Positions 10,276 through 21,948 of a stretch of 30,937 bases of DNA are shown one piece after another. The notes under the pieces were generated by a model. The model worked only from the letters and a program-made list of their open reading frames with translations, did no database searches and was not told the DNA's origin. The stretch spans positions 280,868 through 311,804 of the forward strand of contig JBKBYA010000003.1 of the NCBI GenBank assembly GCA_046313635.1. The letters are read 5' to 3'. The DNA comes from Pyrinomonadaceae bacterium. GTDB lineage: Bacteria > Acidobacteriota > Blastocatellia > Pyrinomonadales > Pyrinomonadaceae. Numbering within the stretch: the stretch's first letter is position 1; every line of letters starts with the position of its first letter. A program made the position numbers and the translations under genes.

Positions 10276-11040
10276 TCAGATTCCCATTATGTTATATCCG
10301 CAGTCGACGTAGATAGTTTCGCCAGTGATCCCCGATGCGAGGTCGCTGACCAGGAAGAGTGCGGTCTTGCCGACCTCTTCGGCCGAGACGTTGCGCTTTA
10401 AGGGCGACTTTTCGCCGACGTAGCCGAGCAGCGAGCCCATATTCTTGACGCCGCGTGCCGAGAGCGTATTGATCGGGCCGGCGCTGATGGCGTTGACGCG
10501 GATGTTATTTTTGCCGAGATCGGCGGCGAGGTATCGGGTCGCCGACTCGAGCGCGGCCTTGGCGACGCCCATGACGTTGTAATTCATCACCACTTTTTCG
10601 GCGCCGTAGTATGTCATCGTCACGACGCTGCCGCCCTCGGTCATAAGCGGCGCGGCGGCGAGGCATAGCTGCGGCAGCGAGAATGCGCTGATCTCCATCG
10701 CGGTGAGAAACGCCTCGCGCGTCGTCGCGAGAAATTCGCCCTCGAGCGCTTCTTTCGGCGCAAAGGCTATCGAGTGGATGAGAAAGTCGAGCCTGCCGTA
10801 CTTTTCGCCGACCGCGGCAAAGGCCGCGTCGACCTCGGCCTGGTTGGTCACGTCGCACGGCACGACGAGCGAGTCGTCGAGCCCGCCCGCGAGCGACTCC
10901 ACATTCTCCTTGAGACGCTCGCCCTGGTACGTAAAGGCGAGCTTCGCACCTTGCTCGGCGCACGCCTGGGCGCAGGCCCACGCGATCGAACGCTTGTTGG
11001 CGACGCCGAAGATCATTCCGACTTTGTTTTCGAGCAGCAT
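10276..11040 (-). CDS. fabI: Enoyl-ACP reductase
   Basis: GVANKRSIAW, HSIAFAP, YNVMGVAKAALE, RVNAISAGPI.TL motifs. Confidence 0.96.
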   Translation of the reverse strand: MLLENKVGMIFGVANKRSIAWACAQACAEQGAKLAFTYQGERLKENVESLAGGLDDSLVVPCDVTNQAEVDAAFAAVGEKYGRLDFLIHSIAFAPKEALEGEFLATTREAFLTAMEISAFSLPQLCLAAAPLMTEGGSVVTMTYYGAEKVVMNYNVMGVAKAALESATRYLAADLGKNNIRVNAISAGPINTLSARGVKNMGSLLGYVGEKSPLKRNVSAEEVGKTALFLVSDLASGITGETIYVDCGYNIMGI

Positions 11041-11046
11041 AAATAG

Positions 11047-11078
11047 AAAGGATAAAGGCGAAAGGCGAAAGGATAAAG
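11047..11078. repeat. Heptamer tandem repeat (single arm)
   Basis: aaaggat aaaggcg aaaggcg aaaggat aaag, directly upstream of the fabI start. Confidence 0.8.
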
Positions 11079-11100
11079 TCGCGGCCGCGCGGGACCCGGA

Positions 11101-11880
11101 CTAAACGTCGCCCAGATAGCGGCGCTGCAGCGTTTCAAAGTCGAGCAGCCGGACCTCGATGTCGTCGTGATCGACGAGCCAGACGTCGCGGCCGGCGTCG
11201 CTGTCGTCCACAAAGCGGTGGCGGCCGAGCGTCGTGAGCAGGTGAGCTTCGTCGGTCTCGCTGAGCTGCGTCACGACGGCTAGCAAGAGCCTGACACGCG
11301 ACGCGATGCCCTCGGCCTTGAGAAAGCGGCGCAGCAGAGCGGTCTTTTTGAGCGACGCGTCGATCTTCTCCTGCCGCAGAACGGGCGTGACGAGGAACGA
11401 CACTTCGACACAGGTGATCTCGCCGGGCTTGATCACCAGAGCGTCAAATGACGAGCGGCCCGCCTGCACGTGACGCAGCAAAGGCGCGTTCTGCTCTTCT
11501 TGTATCTGCCGCAGCGCGAGATCTTCGGCAACGATGTAGGCCGAATAGAGCTCGGCCGGGTCGACGTCAAAGGTGCGTGCGATCTCTGCGACCTCGATCG
11601 CCAGGCTCTGCCGCTGGACCTCAGGCAGCGCGGTGTGCCAATGCAGCACGCGCGCCGAATCGTCCCTGGCCGGCGAATGCAGTCTCGAAAAATACGCAAA
11701 GGCAGCGAAGGCGACCGCCGTCAACACGAAGAGCAGAGCCGCCGGCCAGCTCGCCGCGCCGATCGAGACGCCGATGCCCGCGATCACGCAGACCGCCGCA
11801 AACGCAGCCGCGATCCACAGCGGATAACCGGGCGCCCGCCGCGTGATATCGACAAACTGTTTCTCGAGCTGCTGGGCCAT
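11101..11880 (-). CDS. Hypothetical membrane protein, two N-terminal TM helices plus a soluble domain
   Basis: Two hydrophobic stretches near the N-terminus; co-oriented with fabI and the PfkB gene. Confidence 0.75.
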   Translation of the reverse strand: MAQQLEKQFVDITRRAPGYPLWIAAAFAAVCVIAGIGVSIGAASWPAALLFVLTAVAFAAFAYFSRLHSPARDDSARVLHWHTALPEVQRQSLAIEVAEIARTFDVDPAELYSAYIVAEDLALRQIQEEQNAPLLRHVQAGRSSFDALVIKPGEITCVEVSFLVTPVLRQEKIDASLKKTALLRRFLKAEGIASRVRLLLAVVTQLSETDEAHLLTTLGRHRFVDDSDAGRDVWLVDHDDIEVRLLDFETLQRRYLGDV

Positions 11881-11982
11881 CGGGGACGGTCTTGCTTCTT
11901 TTAAGGATAGATGTGCCAGCCGCAGAAAGCTGACTTTCCGGGGCGGAACTACCTATTGAACGATTCGACGGGAGTGGCGTTG

Positions 11983-12151
11983 GGCTCTGCCCGTCTATTT
12001 GCGGAAAAGCTGTGCTTTTCCGTGAGATGCCTGTTTTAATACTTGCGGCTTTGCCGCCGGCTGAACATGAGGGCGGCGGCAGAGCCGCAACTGATATTTT
12101 CAAAGAAGCTGCGGAAAAGCAAAGCTTTTCCGCAAATAGAGCGGCAAAGCC
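11983..12151. repeat. Nested palindromic element (REPIN/MITE-like)
   Basis: About 40-bp inverted repeats 11983-12022 / 12112-12151, each containing cggaaaagc-N3-gcttttccg; inner pair gcggctttgccgcc (12045-12058) / ggcggcagagccgc (12075-12088). Confidence 0.85.
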
Positions 12152-12166
12152 GCCGCCGACGGAGAG

Positions 12167-13105
12167 CTACGCCGCTGAGGCACTTCGCTCGAACGGGATG
12201 TCGTCGAAGTGCGTCATCCGCTTGAACTCGGCAAACCGCTGGTTGATCTCAGGGTAATCGAGCCCGTCAACGCGCTCTGTGCCGAACTTTTCGACGTTGA
12301 ACGACGCCATCACCGAGCCGTAGATCATCGCTCGGCGAAGGACGTCGTCCGTCACCTCGTCGTGGCTCGCGAGATAACCCATAAAGCCGCCCGCAAATGT
12401 ATCTCCCGCGCCGGTCGGGTCAAAGACGCTCTCGAGCGGGTAGGCCGGGACGGCGAAATAACCGTTCTCGGTAAACAGCGTCGCACCGTACTCGCCGCGT
12501 TTGATGACGAGCGCCTTGAGGCCGTAATCCATCAGCTTGCGCGCGGCCTTGTGAATATTGGGTTCCTCGGTGAGCTGCCGCGCCTCGGCGTCGTTGATGA
12601 TCATGCAGTCGACGACCTTGATGGTCTCGACGAGCTCGTCTCGCACGGACGAGATCCAGTAATTCATCGTGTCCATCGCGACGAATTTGGTATTCGTGCA
12701 CTGCTCGCGGACCTGACGCTGGAGCGTCGGCTGGATGTTTGCGAGGAAAAGGAACTCGGCGTTGCGCGACGATGTCGAGAGCTTCGGGTTAAAGGTCTCA
12801 AAAACGTTGAGCTGAGTGTCGAGCGTGTGCGCGACGTTCATGTCGTAGTCGTAACGGCCGCTCCAAAAGAACGTTTTGCCGTCGGGGATGATCTCGATGT
12901 CTTCGGTATCGATGAAGTGACGCCGGAAAACCTCCCATTCCTCCTCGCCAAAATCGCCGCCGACGACGCCGACCGCGTTCACGCGTGTGAAAAAGCTCGC
13001 CGACAAACTAAAGTGCGTCGCCGCACCGCCAAGCACGCGATCGCGCTTGCCGAAAGGCGTCTCAAGCGCATCGAACGCGACAGAACCAACTACTGTTAAA
13101 GCCAT
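12167..13105 (-). CDS. PfkB family carbohydrate/nucleoside kinase
   Basis: VGSVAFD, LGGAA, IKRGEYGA and DPTGAGDTFAGG signatures. Confidence 0.93.
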   Translation of the reverse strand: MALTVVGSVAFDALETPFGKRDRVLGGAATHFSLSASFFTRVNAVGVVGGDFGEEEWEVFRRHFIDTEDIEIIPDGKTFFWSGRYDYDMNVAHTLDTQLNVFETFNPKLSTSSRNAEFLFLANIQPTLQRQVREQCTNTKFVAMDTMNYWISSVRDELVETIKVVDCMIINDAEARQLTEEPNIHKAARKLMDYGLKALVIKRGEYGATLFTENGYFAVPAYPLESVFDPTGAGDTFAGGFMGYLASHDEVTDDVLRRAMIYGSVMASFNVEKFGTERVDGLDYPEINQRFAEFKRMTHFDDIPFERSASAA

Positions 13106-13106
13106 A

Positions 13107-13198
13107 AAAAGTGAAATGTGAAATTAGAATTTAGAAGTCAGAAGTCAGAAGACATAATGCAGAATTAAGAAGAACGCGGTTCTGACTACTGACTATTG
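13107..13198. repeat. AT-rich heptamer repeat with a shorter complementary arm
   Basis: aaaagtg aaatgtg aaattag aatttag aagtcag aagtcag versus ttctgac tactgac tattg. Confidence 0.75.
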
Positions 13199-13410
13199 TG
13201 TACCGGCTCCGATTTTACACGCCGGCGCGGGTTTTTGCGATTTTCGCCGTCGTGGAAGAGGCAACTTTTATTGCCATTCGCGGCCCAGCGATAAGACTGA
13301 CGCCAGAGTCACGGACGGTCGAACCCTCGTCGAATTTGACGCCCTGGGGCCTGAGCCGCCCAAGCCCGCCGTCGGGACATTCTAACCGGGTTGGCCTGAA
13401 AACTAGTTAT

Positions 13411-13440
13411 TAATTACTAAATTGGTAATTACTAATTGGT
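13411..13440. repeat. AT-rich heptamer-like repeat overlapping a stop codon
   Basis: taattac taaattgg taattac taattgg. Confidence 0.6.
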
Positions 13441-13911
13441 CTGCGAAGACGCGGCTTTCTGTTTGATCTCGCCGAGGGCCTTTTGCGCTTCGTCGAGGTA
13501 TTTGCTCTGCGGGTATTTGTCGATGAGCATCGAGAGGTAAGCGATGGCGTCTTCGCGGAGCTTTTCGGGGGCGTACTTGGCTTTGTCCTTTTCGGTCCTG
13601 AGATCGATCTTTTGCTTGCCCTTGCCCTCGGCGAGGTAGTAGCTGCTCATCCCGGCGTAGTAGAGAAACTCGTCCATCTTTGAAAAATCGGGATACGCCG
13701 CAAACGTCTCTTCGAATCGCATCAGCACGCCTTTGTAGGCCTTTTTCAGCAGAAACGCGTTGCGGGCAACCTCGAGGTTGTGCTTTGCGTCGGCCTCAAG
13801 CACCGGATCGCGCTCGACCGCCGGCGTGACATTGCGCTGGGCAAACGCCGACGCACTAAACGCGACCGCGGCCGCGACGACAAAGAGAAATGAGAAAAGG
13901 GCTCGTTTCAT
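13432..13911 (-). CDS. Secreted TPR protein, BamD/YfiO-like
   Basis: Signal peptide ending AFA; HNLEVA..., F...YPD and LIDKYPQSKY..EA resemble the BamD C-terminal repeats. Confidence 0.65.
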   Translation of the reverse strand: MKRALFSFLFVVAAAVAFSASAFAQRNVTPAVERDPVLEADAKHNLEVARNAFLLKKAYKGVLMRFEETFAAYPDFSKMDEFLYYAGMSSYYLAEGKGKQKIDLRTEKDKAKYAPEKLREDAIAYLSMLIDKYPQSKYLDEAQKALGEIKQKAASSQTN

Positions 13912-13955
13912 ATCATTTGAAAGATGTTCGGCGGGCCAGAAAAGTTTTCCCGACG

Positions 13956-14831
<876 letters not shown>

Positions 14832-14882
14832 TTATTGATCGTTGAGTGATGAGTAGATCTCTGTAGCAGAAATCGGCCGCCA

Positions 14883-15092
14883 TCATGCAGCGATGAGCCT
14901 GCCGCGCGGCACCGGAATGTCGCGCCCGATCTGTCTAGCGGTCTCGATCCATTCGTCGATGACGACCTCGGCATTCGCGAGAGCTTCCTGATACGTCGCG
15001 CCGTCCGCCATGCAGCCGGCAAGCTCGGGGACCTCGGCGATGTAAGCCTGATCGTCCTCGCTCCAGTAGATGATGATCTCGTATTTACTCAT
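14883..15092 (-). CDS. hicB: HicB-family antitoxin (short form, no DNA-binding domain)
   Basis: YEIIIYWS.ED..YIAEVPEL.GC.ADG.T..EAL.N...W...A...GR.IP.P. Confidence 0.92.
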   Translation of the reverse strand: MSKYEIIIYWSEDDQAYIAEVPELAGCMADGATYQEALANAEVVIDEWIETARQIGRDIPVPRGRLIAA

Positions 15093-15342
15093 CCGAAACT
15101 CCGAGTTTGTACTTGAGAATTATATTACGTACCTGCCGAACCTGGTATCGCTTGGCGAGCCGGCCGAGCGGCTGGATATTGACGATCTCGTCGATGCCGT
15201 CTCGGTAGAAGATGTGATGACTGCCCTTTTGCCGTTCGCTGAAACCGAGGACATGAAGCAGGTGGCAGAGATCGTCGAAGTCCACGTTTGCGTCTGTCTT
15301 GCCGGTCAGGACCTTTTCCAGCGTTCGTTTTGCCTTTGACAT
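15085..15342 (-). CDS. hicA: HicA-family toxin
   Basis: F.DL..LL..LGF..RQKGSHHIF, NIQP...AK.YQVRQV; overlaps the hicB start by 8 bp; start set at ATG 15342. Confidence 0.92.
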   Translation of the reverse strand: MSKAKRTLEKVLTGKTDANVDFDDLCHLLHVLGFSERQKGSHHIFYRDGIDEIVNIQPLGRLAKRYQVRQVRNIILKYKLGVSDE

Positions 15343-15501
15343 TTGGGTGTGGGGCTGGCGAGACAGAACGATACTCCAGGTCCGTCTTCCCGGCAAGCAC
15401 CTTTGATGTCCGATATGACGAGCGTCAGGGCTTGCGGTGTCGGATGGTCGGCGCTATTTTGCCGGGGTAGACAGCTATCCGGCCGTGAGGAACCCACGCT
15501 T

Positions 15502-15966
15502 ATGACGCTATTCGACAACGATCAAGAGACCGACCGCGGCGAGATCAACTTTGACGAGGACAGTAAGATCCGGATCTTCGAGACGCAGCAGCGGGCGTCA
15601 AAGAGCGCGCACGATCATTTGAAAAAGTTCCTGCCTTTCGCCGTTGTCGCTGTCGTGGGGATCGCGGTCGCCTCGTACCTGATGCAGCCGGGCGTCGGGT
15701 CGGTGATCAGGCCGTCAAACCAAATGTACGACGCGGTCTACGACTATCTGCTGACCAAGGAAAAGCGAACGCCCCGGGAGCTGATCTTTTACAAGTGCGA
15801 TGGTTTTTACTGGGTTAAGGCTTACGCCGAACCGCGCTCCTATCCGCCGTCGAACCCCTACGACGATGTCAACAAATATCGGATCTCGGCCAGCGAGAAC
15901 GCGGTCGGCACATTCCTGATCACGACGCTGCCGGGCGGCGGGGCCGACGTTCCGTGCTCCAAATGA
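15502..15966 (+). CDS. Hypothetical single-pass membrane protein
   Basis: ATG 15502 with GAGG upstream; acidic N-terminus, one TM helix, C-terminal domain with two Cys. Confidence 0.7.
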   Translation: MTLFDNDQETDRGEINFDEDSKIRIFETQQRASKSAHDHLKKFLPFAVVAVVGIAVASYLMQPGVGSVIRPSNQMYDAVYDYLLTKEKRTPRELIFYKCDGFYWVKAYAEPRSYPPSNPYDDVNKYRISASENAVGTFLITTLPGGGADVPCSK

Positions 15967-15973
15967 TCGGCTG

Positions 15974-18466
<2,493 letters not shown>

Positions 18467-18500
18467 TGCGATAAAACAAGGAGGCTTCGTGCCGATTCTC

Positions 18501-18568
18501 CTTCGCGTTCTTTGCGGGCTTTGCGTGAAGCAAAAGCGTTCCACGCGAAGCGCGCAGAGGCCGCAGAG
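18501..18568. repeat. Intergenic hairpin with 9-mer tandem arms
   Basis: cttcgcgtt ctttgcggg ctttgcgtg versus cacgcgaag cgcgcagag gccgcagag. Confidence 0.8.
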
Positions 18569-18583
18569 TCAAAGCCAAATCTT

Positions 18584-19703
18584 CTATTCGCCCTCGGCCG
18601 CGGCCCGGCCGCTGCGTTTGAAGACGAGATACGACTTGATAAAGTCGTCGATCTCGCCGTCGAGCACCGAGTCGACGTCGGTGACCTCGAATTTTGTTCT
18701 CGTGTCCTTGACCAGGCGGTACGGGTGAAGCACGTAATTTCGGATCTGCGAACCGAACGAAATGTCCTGCTTGCTGGCCTCGAGCTCGGCCGTCTCTGCG
18801 CGGCGTTTTTCGAGTTCGAGCTCGTAGAGTTTTGACCGCAGGACCTGCATCGCGACCGCACGGTTCTGGATCTGCGACCGCTGATTTTGGCAGGTTACCA
18901 CAATTCCGGTCGGAAGATGCGTGATCCTAACGGCGCTGTCCGTAACGTTGACGTGCTGGCCGCCGGCTCCTGACGAACGATACGTATCGACGCGGAGGTC
19001 CTTTTCCTGAATGTCGACCTCGATATTCTCGTCGATCTCGGCCGAGACAAAGAAGGATGCGAACGACGTCTCGCGGCTGCCGCCGGACGCAAAGGGCGAG
19101 ATCCGCACCAGACGATGAACGCCGGCCTCGGCCGAGAGCAGGCCGTATGCGTACTCGCCCTCGACGCGGAAGGTCGCGGACTTGATGCCGGCCTCGGCGC
19201 CGGACTGCTCGTCGAGGATCTCGACCTTAAAGCCCTTTCGCTCGGCCCACCGCAGGTACATCCTGAGCAGCATCTGCGCAAAATCCTGAGCGTCGGTGCC
19301 GCCGGCGCCGGACTGGATCGAGCAGATCGCGTTGTTGGCGTCGGTCTCGCCGGAGAGCAGGCTCTCGGTCTCGGCCTCGCCGACCTCGCGCTCGAGTTTG
19401 AGGATGAGCGATTCGAGCTCGTGTGCGGAGTCGGCGTCCTCGGCCGCGAACTCGAAGAGCACCTCGGCGTCCGAGACGCCGCTCTCAAATCCGCGCTGAC
19501 GCTCGAGCGCCTTTTCGATCCGGCTGCGCTGCTGGACCGTCTTTTGCGCCTTTTCTGAGTCGTTCCAGAAGTCGGGCTCGGAGATCAGGGCTTCTAGCTT
19601 CTCGAGTTCTTTCTGCTTGGCAGGCGCGTCAAAGAAACCTCCCAAGTTGGGTAACTTTTTCTTTGATCTCGTCGAATTTTGATTGCAGTTCTGTAATTTC
19701 CAT
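18584..19703 (-). CDS. prfB: Peptide chain release factor 2, translated through a programmed +1 frameshift (372 aa)
   Basis: SPF and GGQ motifs; first frame ATG 19703 gives MEITELQSKFDEIKEKVTQLGRFL then TGA; continues DAPAKQK in the +1 frame. Confidence 0.96.
19628..19643 (-). promoter_or_regulatory. prfB +1 frameshift cassette
   Basis: GGGAGG TTT CTT TGA C: internal SD, 3-nt spacer, canonical CUU UGA C. Confidence 0.95.
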
Positions 19704-19747
19704 TTGTACGAATAGCGACGGCCGAGGCCGCTCGCGAGAATCTCATT

Positions 19748-19825
19748 CGGAATAACTGATAAGTGAGAATTGATAACGGATAGCTTCAATTATCAGTTCT
19801 CACGTATCAGTTTTCAGTTATTCCG
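19748..19825. repeat. Heptamer-armed hairpin overlapping the lnt stop codon
   Basis: ataactg ataagtg agaattg ataacgg versus caattat cagttct cacgtat cagtttt cagttat; outer 12-bp perfect inverted repeat cggaataactga/tcagttattccg. Confidence 0.85.
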
Positions 19826-21381
19826 GAGCTCAAGTGCTGTCTCCTAACGCCCGCCCAAATCAACATCGCGATCGTAACCACCGAGCACAGCCACGCGAAC
19901 CAGTCTCCGTACTTTACATAAAACGTCTGACCCGCGTCGGACCTCGAAACCTTCCAGACTCGCCAGTCTTCAGTATAGGACTCGGCCGGGTCGATCACGT
20001 CGCCGCGTTCGTCGATGTAGGCGGTGATGCCGACATTCGTCACGCGAAGCACCGGACGGTTTGTCTCGACGGCTCGAAAGACCGCATTCGCCAGATGCTG
20101 CCGCAACACCGGCGTCGGGCCGAGGTAGCCGTCGTTGGTCATTTCAATGATCACGTCGGCGCCGCGGCGGACGTACTCTCGCGACAGCTCACCAAAGTGC
20201 GATTCGAAGCAGATCATCACGCCGGCATTCACACCGCCGCCGAGCGGGATCAGATCGTACTCCTTGCCGTATGAAAAGCTCCCGACGAATGCCGGAACGA
20301 TAGATTGTAACGGAGCGGGCACCGCTTCGCCGAACGGCAAAAGGTAGATCTTGTCGTACTGCGCGACCTCGCGGCCGGCAGTGTCGACCAGCACCGCGGA
20401 ATTGAAGTATTTTTTGTCGTCGTGATCCGGCTCCGCCGAATTGAAGAGGACGCTGACGTTATTCCGCGACGCAAATTCGCCGACGAACGAGCGGAATTCC
20501 GGATCTTCGTCAAACATAAAATTCATCGGCGACTCCGGAAAGATGACGGTCGTCGCACCGGTGCCCTCCGCTCTCGAAAGCGCGTCCTCGGTGAGCCTCA
20601 CGTGCCGCGCCCGCAAGCGGCGCCAGAGGTCGTGATCGAGCCCGCTCATCGGAACGTTCGGCTGAATGGCAACGACCCTCGCGCCGGCTTTCGCGTCGGG
20701 TGTGGCGGCACGCTTCACGGGAAACAAAGCACCGGCAAGCGGTATCGCGGCGAGGACGCACGCCGCGGCGATGGCGCGGTTTCGCGATAAACCTGGTCTT
20801 GCCAAAAAAGCAAAGCGGGCCAAACAGAAGATCGCCGCGTTGCAGGCCGCCACTTCAAAACCGACCAGGTAAACGCCGCCGATACTCGCAAGCTTGAGGT
20901 GACCTGTAAATGCCTGCGAGTAGCCGAGCGCGTTCCAGTTGTTACCGGTCACCCACCAGCGGAGAAATTCGGTCGCCGTCCAGACGGCCGGAGCGCCGAG
21001 GACGGCGATCCATCCGAGCTTCTTCAGCGATGCGGCCAGCAGAGCGGCAAATATCGCCGGAAAGACGGCGGTGATCGCCGACGCCGCCGCGACGAGAAAA
21101 TACGCGACGATCGCGGGAAAGCCCGCGTAATGGATCGGCGCGTAAGCGAGCCACCAGCACGTGCCGAAAAAGAAACCGACGCCGAAAAGCCATCCCGCGA
21201 TCGCGGCCGCGAGGGGCCGCTCTTTTTCATTCTCGATCGCCCACAGCAGCGGAACCGCGGCGGCCCATGCGAGCCAGGAGAGATCCAAATCGGGATATGC
21301 AAATGTCAGCAGCAACGCCGAGACGAGAGCGAGCAGAGCGCTCGAGGGTCGGGGCAGGAGCCTGAGCCGGGGCAGCGCCAT
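19807..21381 (-). CDS. lnt: Apolipoprotein N-acyltransferase
   Basis: Multi-TM N-terminus; nitrilase triad motifs FPES, YDK..L.PFGE, ICFES; TNDG; RAVE..R...R.TN.GI. Confidence 0.95.
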   Translation of the reverse strand: MALPRLRLLPRPSSALLALVSALLLTFAYPDLDLSWLAWAAAVPLLWAIENEKERPLAAAIAGWLFGVGFFFGTCWWLAYAPIHYAGFPAIVAYFLVAAASAITAVFPAIFAALLAASLKKLGWIAVLGAPAVWTATEFLRWWVTGNNWNALGYSQAFTGHLKLASIGGVYLVGFEVAACNAAIFCLARFAFLARPGLSRNRAIAAACVLAAIPLAGALFPVKRAATPDAKAGARVVAIQPNVPMSGLDHDLWRRLRARHVRLTEDALSRAEGTGATTVIFPESPMNFMFDEDPEFRSFVGEFASRNNVSVLFNSAEPDHDDKKYFNSAVLVDTAGREVAQYDKIYLLPFGEAVPAPLQSIVPAFVGSFSYGKEYDLIPLGGGVNAGVMICFESHFGELSREYVRRGADVIIEMTNDGYLGPTPVLRQHLANAVFRAVETNRPVLRVTNVGITAYIDERGDVIDPAESYTEDWRVWKVSRSDAGQTFYVKYGDWFAWLCSVVTIAMLIWAGVRRQHLSSGITEN

Positions 21382-21635
21382 GCGGACAGTTTAGCAAACC
21401 GGTTCATCGCGGACATGACGGGGGCTGGTCGAATTGATCACAATTCTCTCAATCTGAACCGATCCGAGCGAGATGCGCACATTTTTGTCACGGTCCGGTT
21501 GACGGATTTTGTCAATTTCGCCATTCCGGCCTGATCGAATCGGTCAGATTGCGCAGGGCGCCGTCGAGGAGCAATGCAATTTGAACGGTCAAGGGCAGCA
21601 CGCGGCGATATCCGCGATCTCTTTAGATAAACGCA

Positions 21636-21775
21636 GGAAAGCCCGGCTTTGTGAGCCGGGCTTTAATAGGTTGGACAACTGAAGGAACGCTCGGAAGGTG
21701 ATCAAGCACAGTGGCAGACTGCGCTCGGAGAAGAGTTGGCGGCGGGGTCTCGATAAACCTCATCAAGCTAGCCGT
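21636..21775 (-). ncRNA. Candidate sigma-54-dependent small RNA, about 140 nt
   Basis: Bounded by a -24/-12 promoter and a terminator; CU-rich tracts; no convincing ORF. Confidence 0.45.
21638..21664. terminator. Intrinsic terminator, potentially bidirectional
   Basis: aaagcccggct-ttgtg-agccgggcttt perfect 11-bp stem. Confidence 0.75.
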
Positions 21776-21785
21776 GGTGGTCTTT

Positions 21786-21801
21786 TGCACGATGCGTGCC
21801 A
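21786..21801 (-). promoter_or_regulatory. Sigma-54 (-24/-12) promoter
   Basis: Minus strand TGGCACG-CATC-GTGCA, GG-N10-GC, one mismatch to TGGCACG-N4-TTGCW. Confidence 0.65.
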
Positions 21802-21948
21802 CAGCACTGTCAAACCTCCGGCGGGAGCGGAGCCAAAGCGAAGATCACACAAAAATGTCGATGTTTGCGGCTTTTAAAAGAATTTGCGGGCGCCTCTCGA
21901 CGCCCGCGGCCTGCTTGAGCCGAATACTTCCGGTAACGCGAACTTACA

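Noticed and set aside
13260..13400. tmRNA, SRP or 6S RNA
   Set aside because: Only a short ATTCGAC resemblance; no tRNA-like ends, tag peptide or SRP helix-8 motif
21432..21515. FNR/CRP-like sites upstream of lnt (ttgac-N7-gtcaa; aattg-N4-caatt)
   Set aside because: Spacing or sequence does not fit a known consensus and short matches can arise by chance
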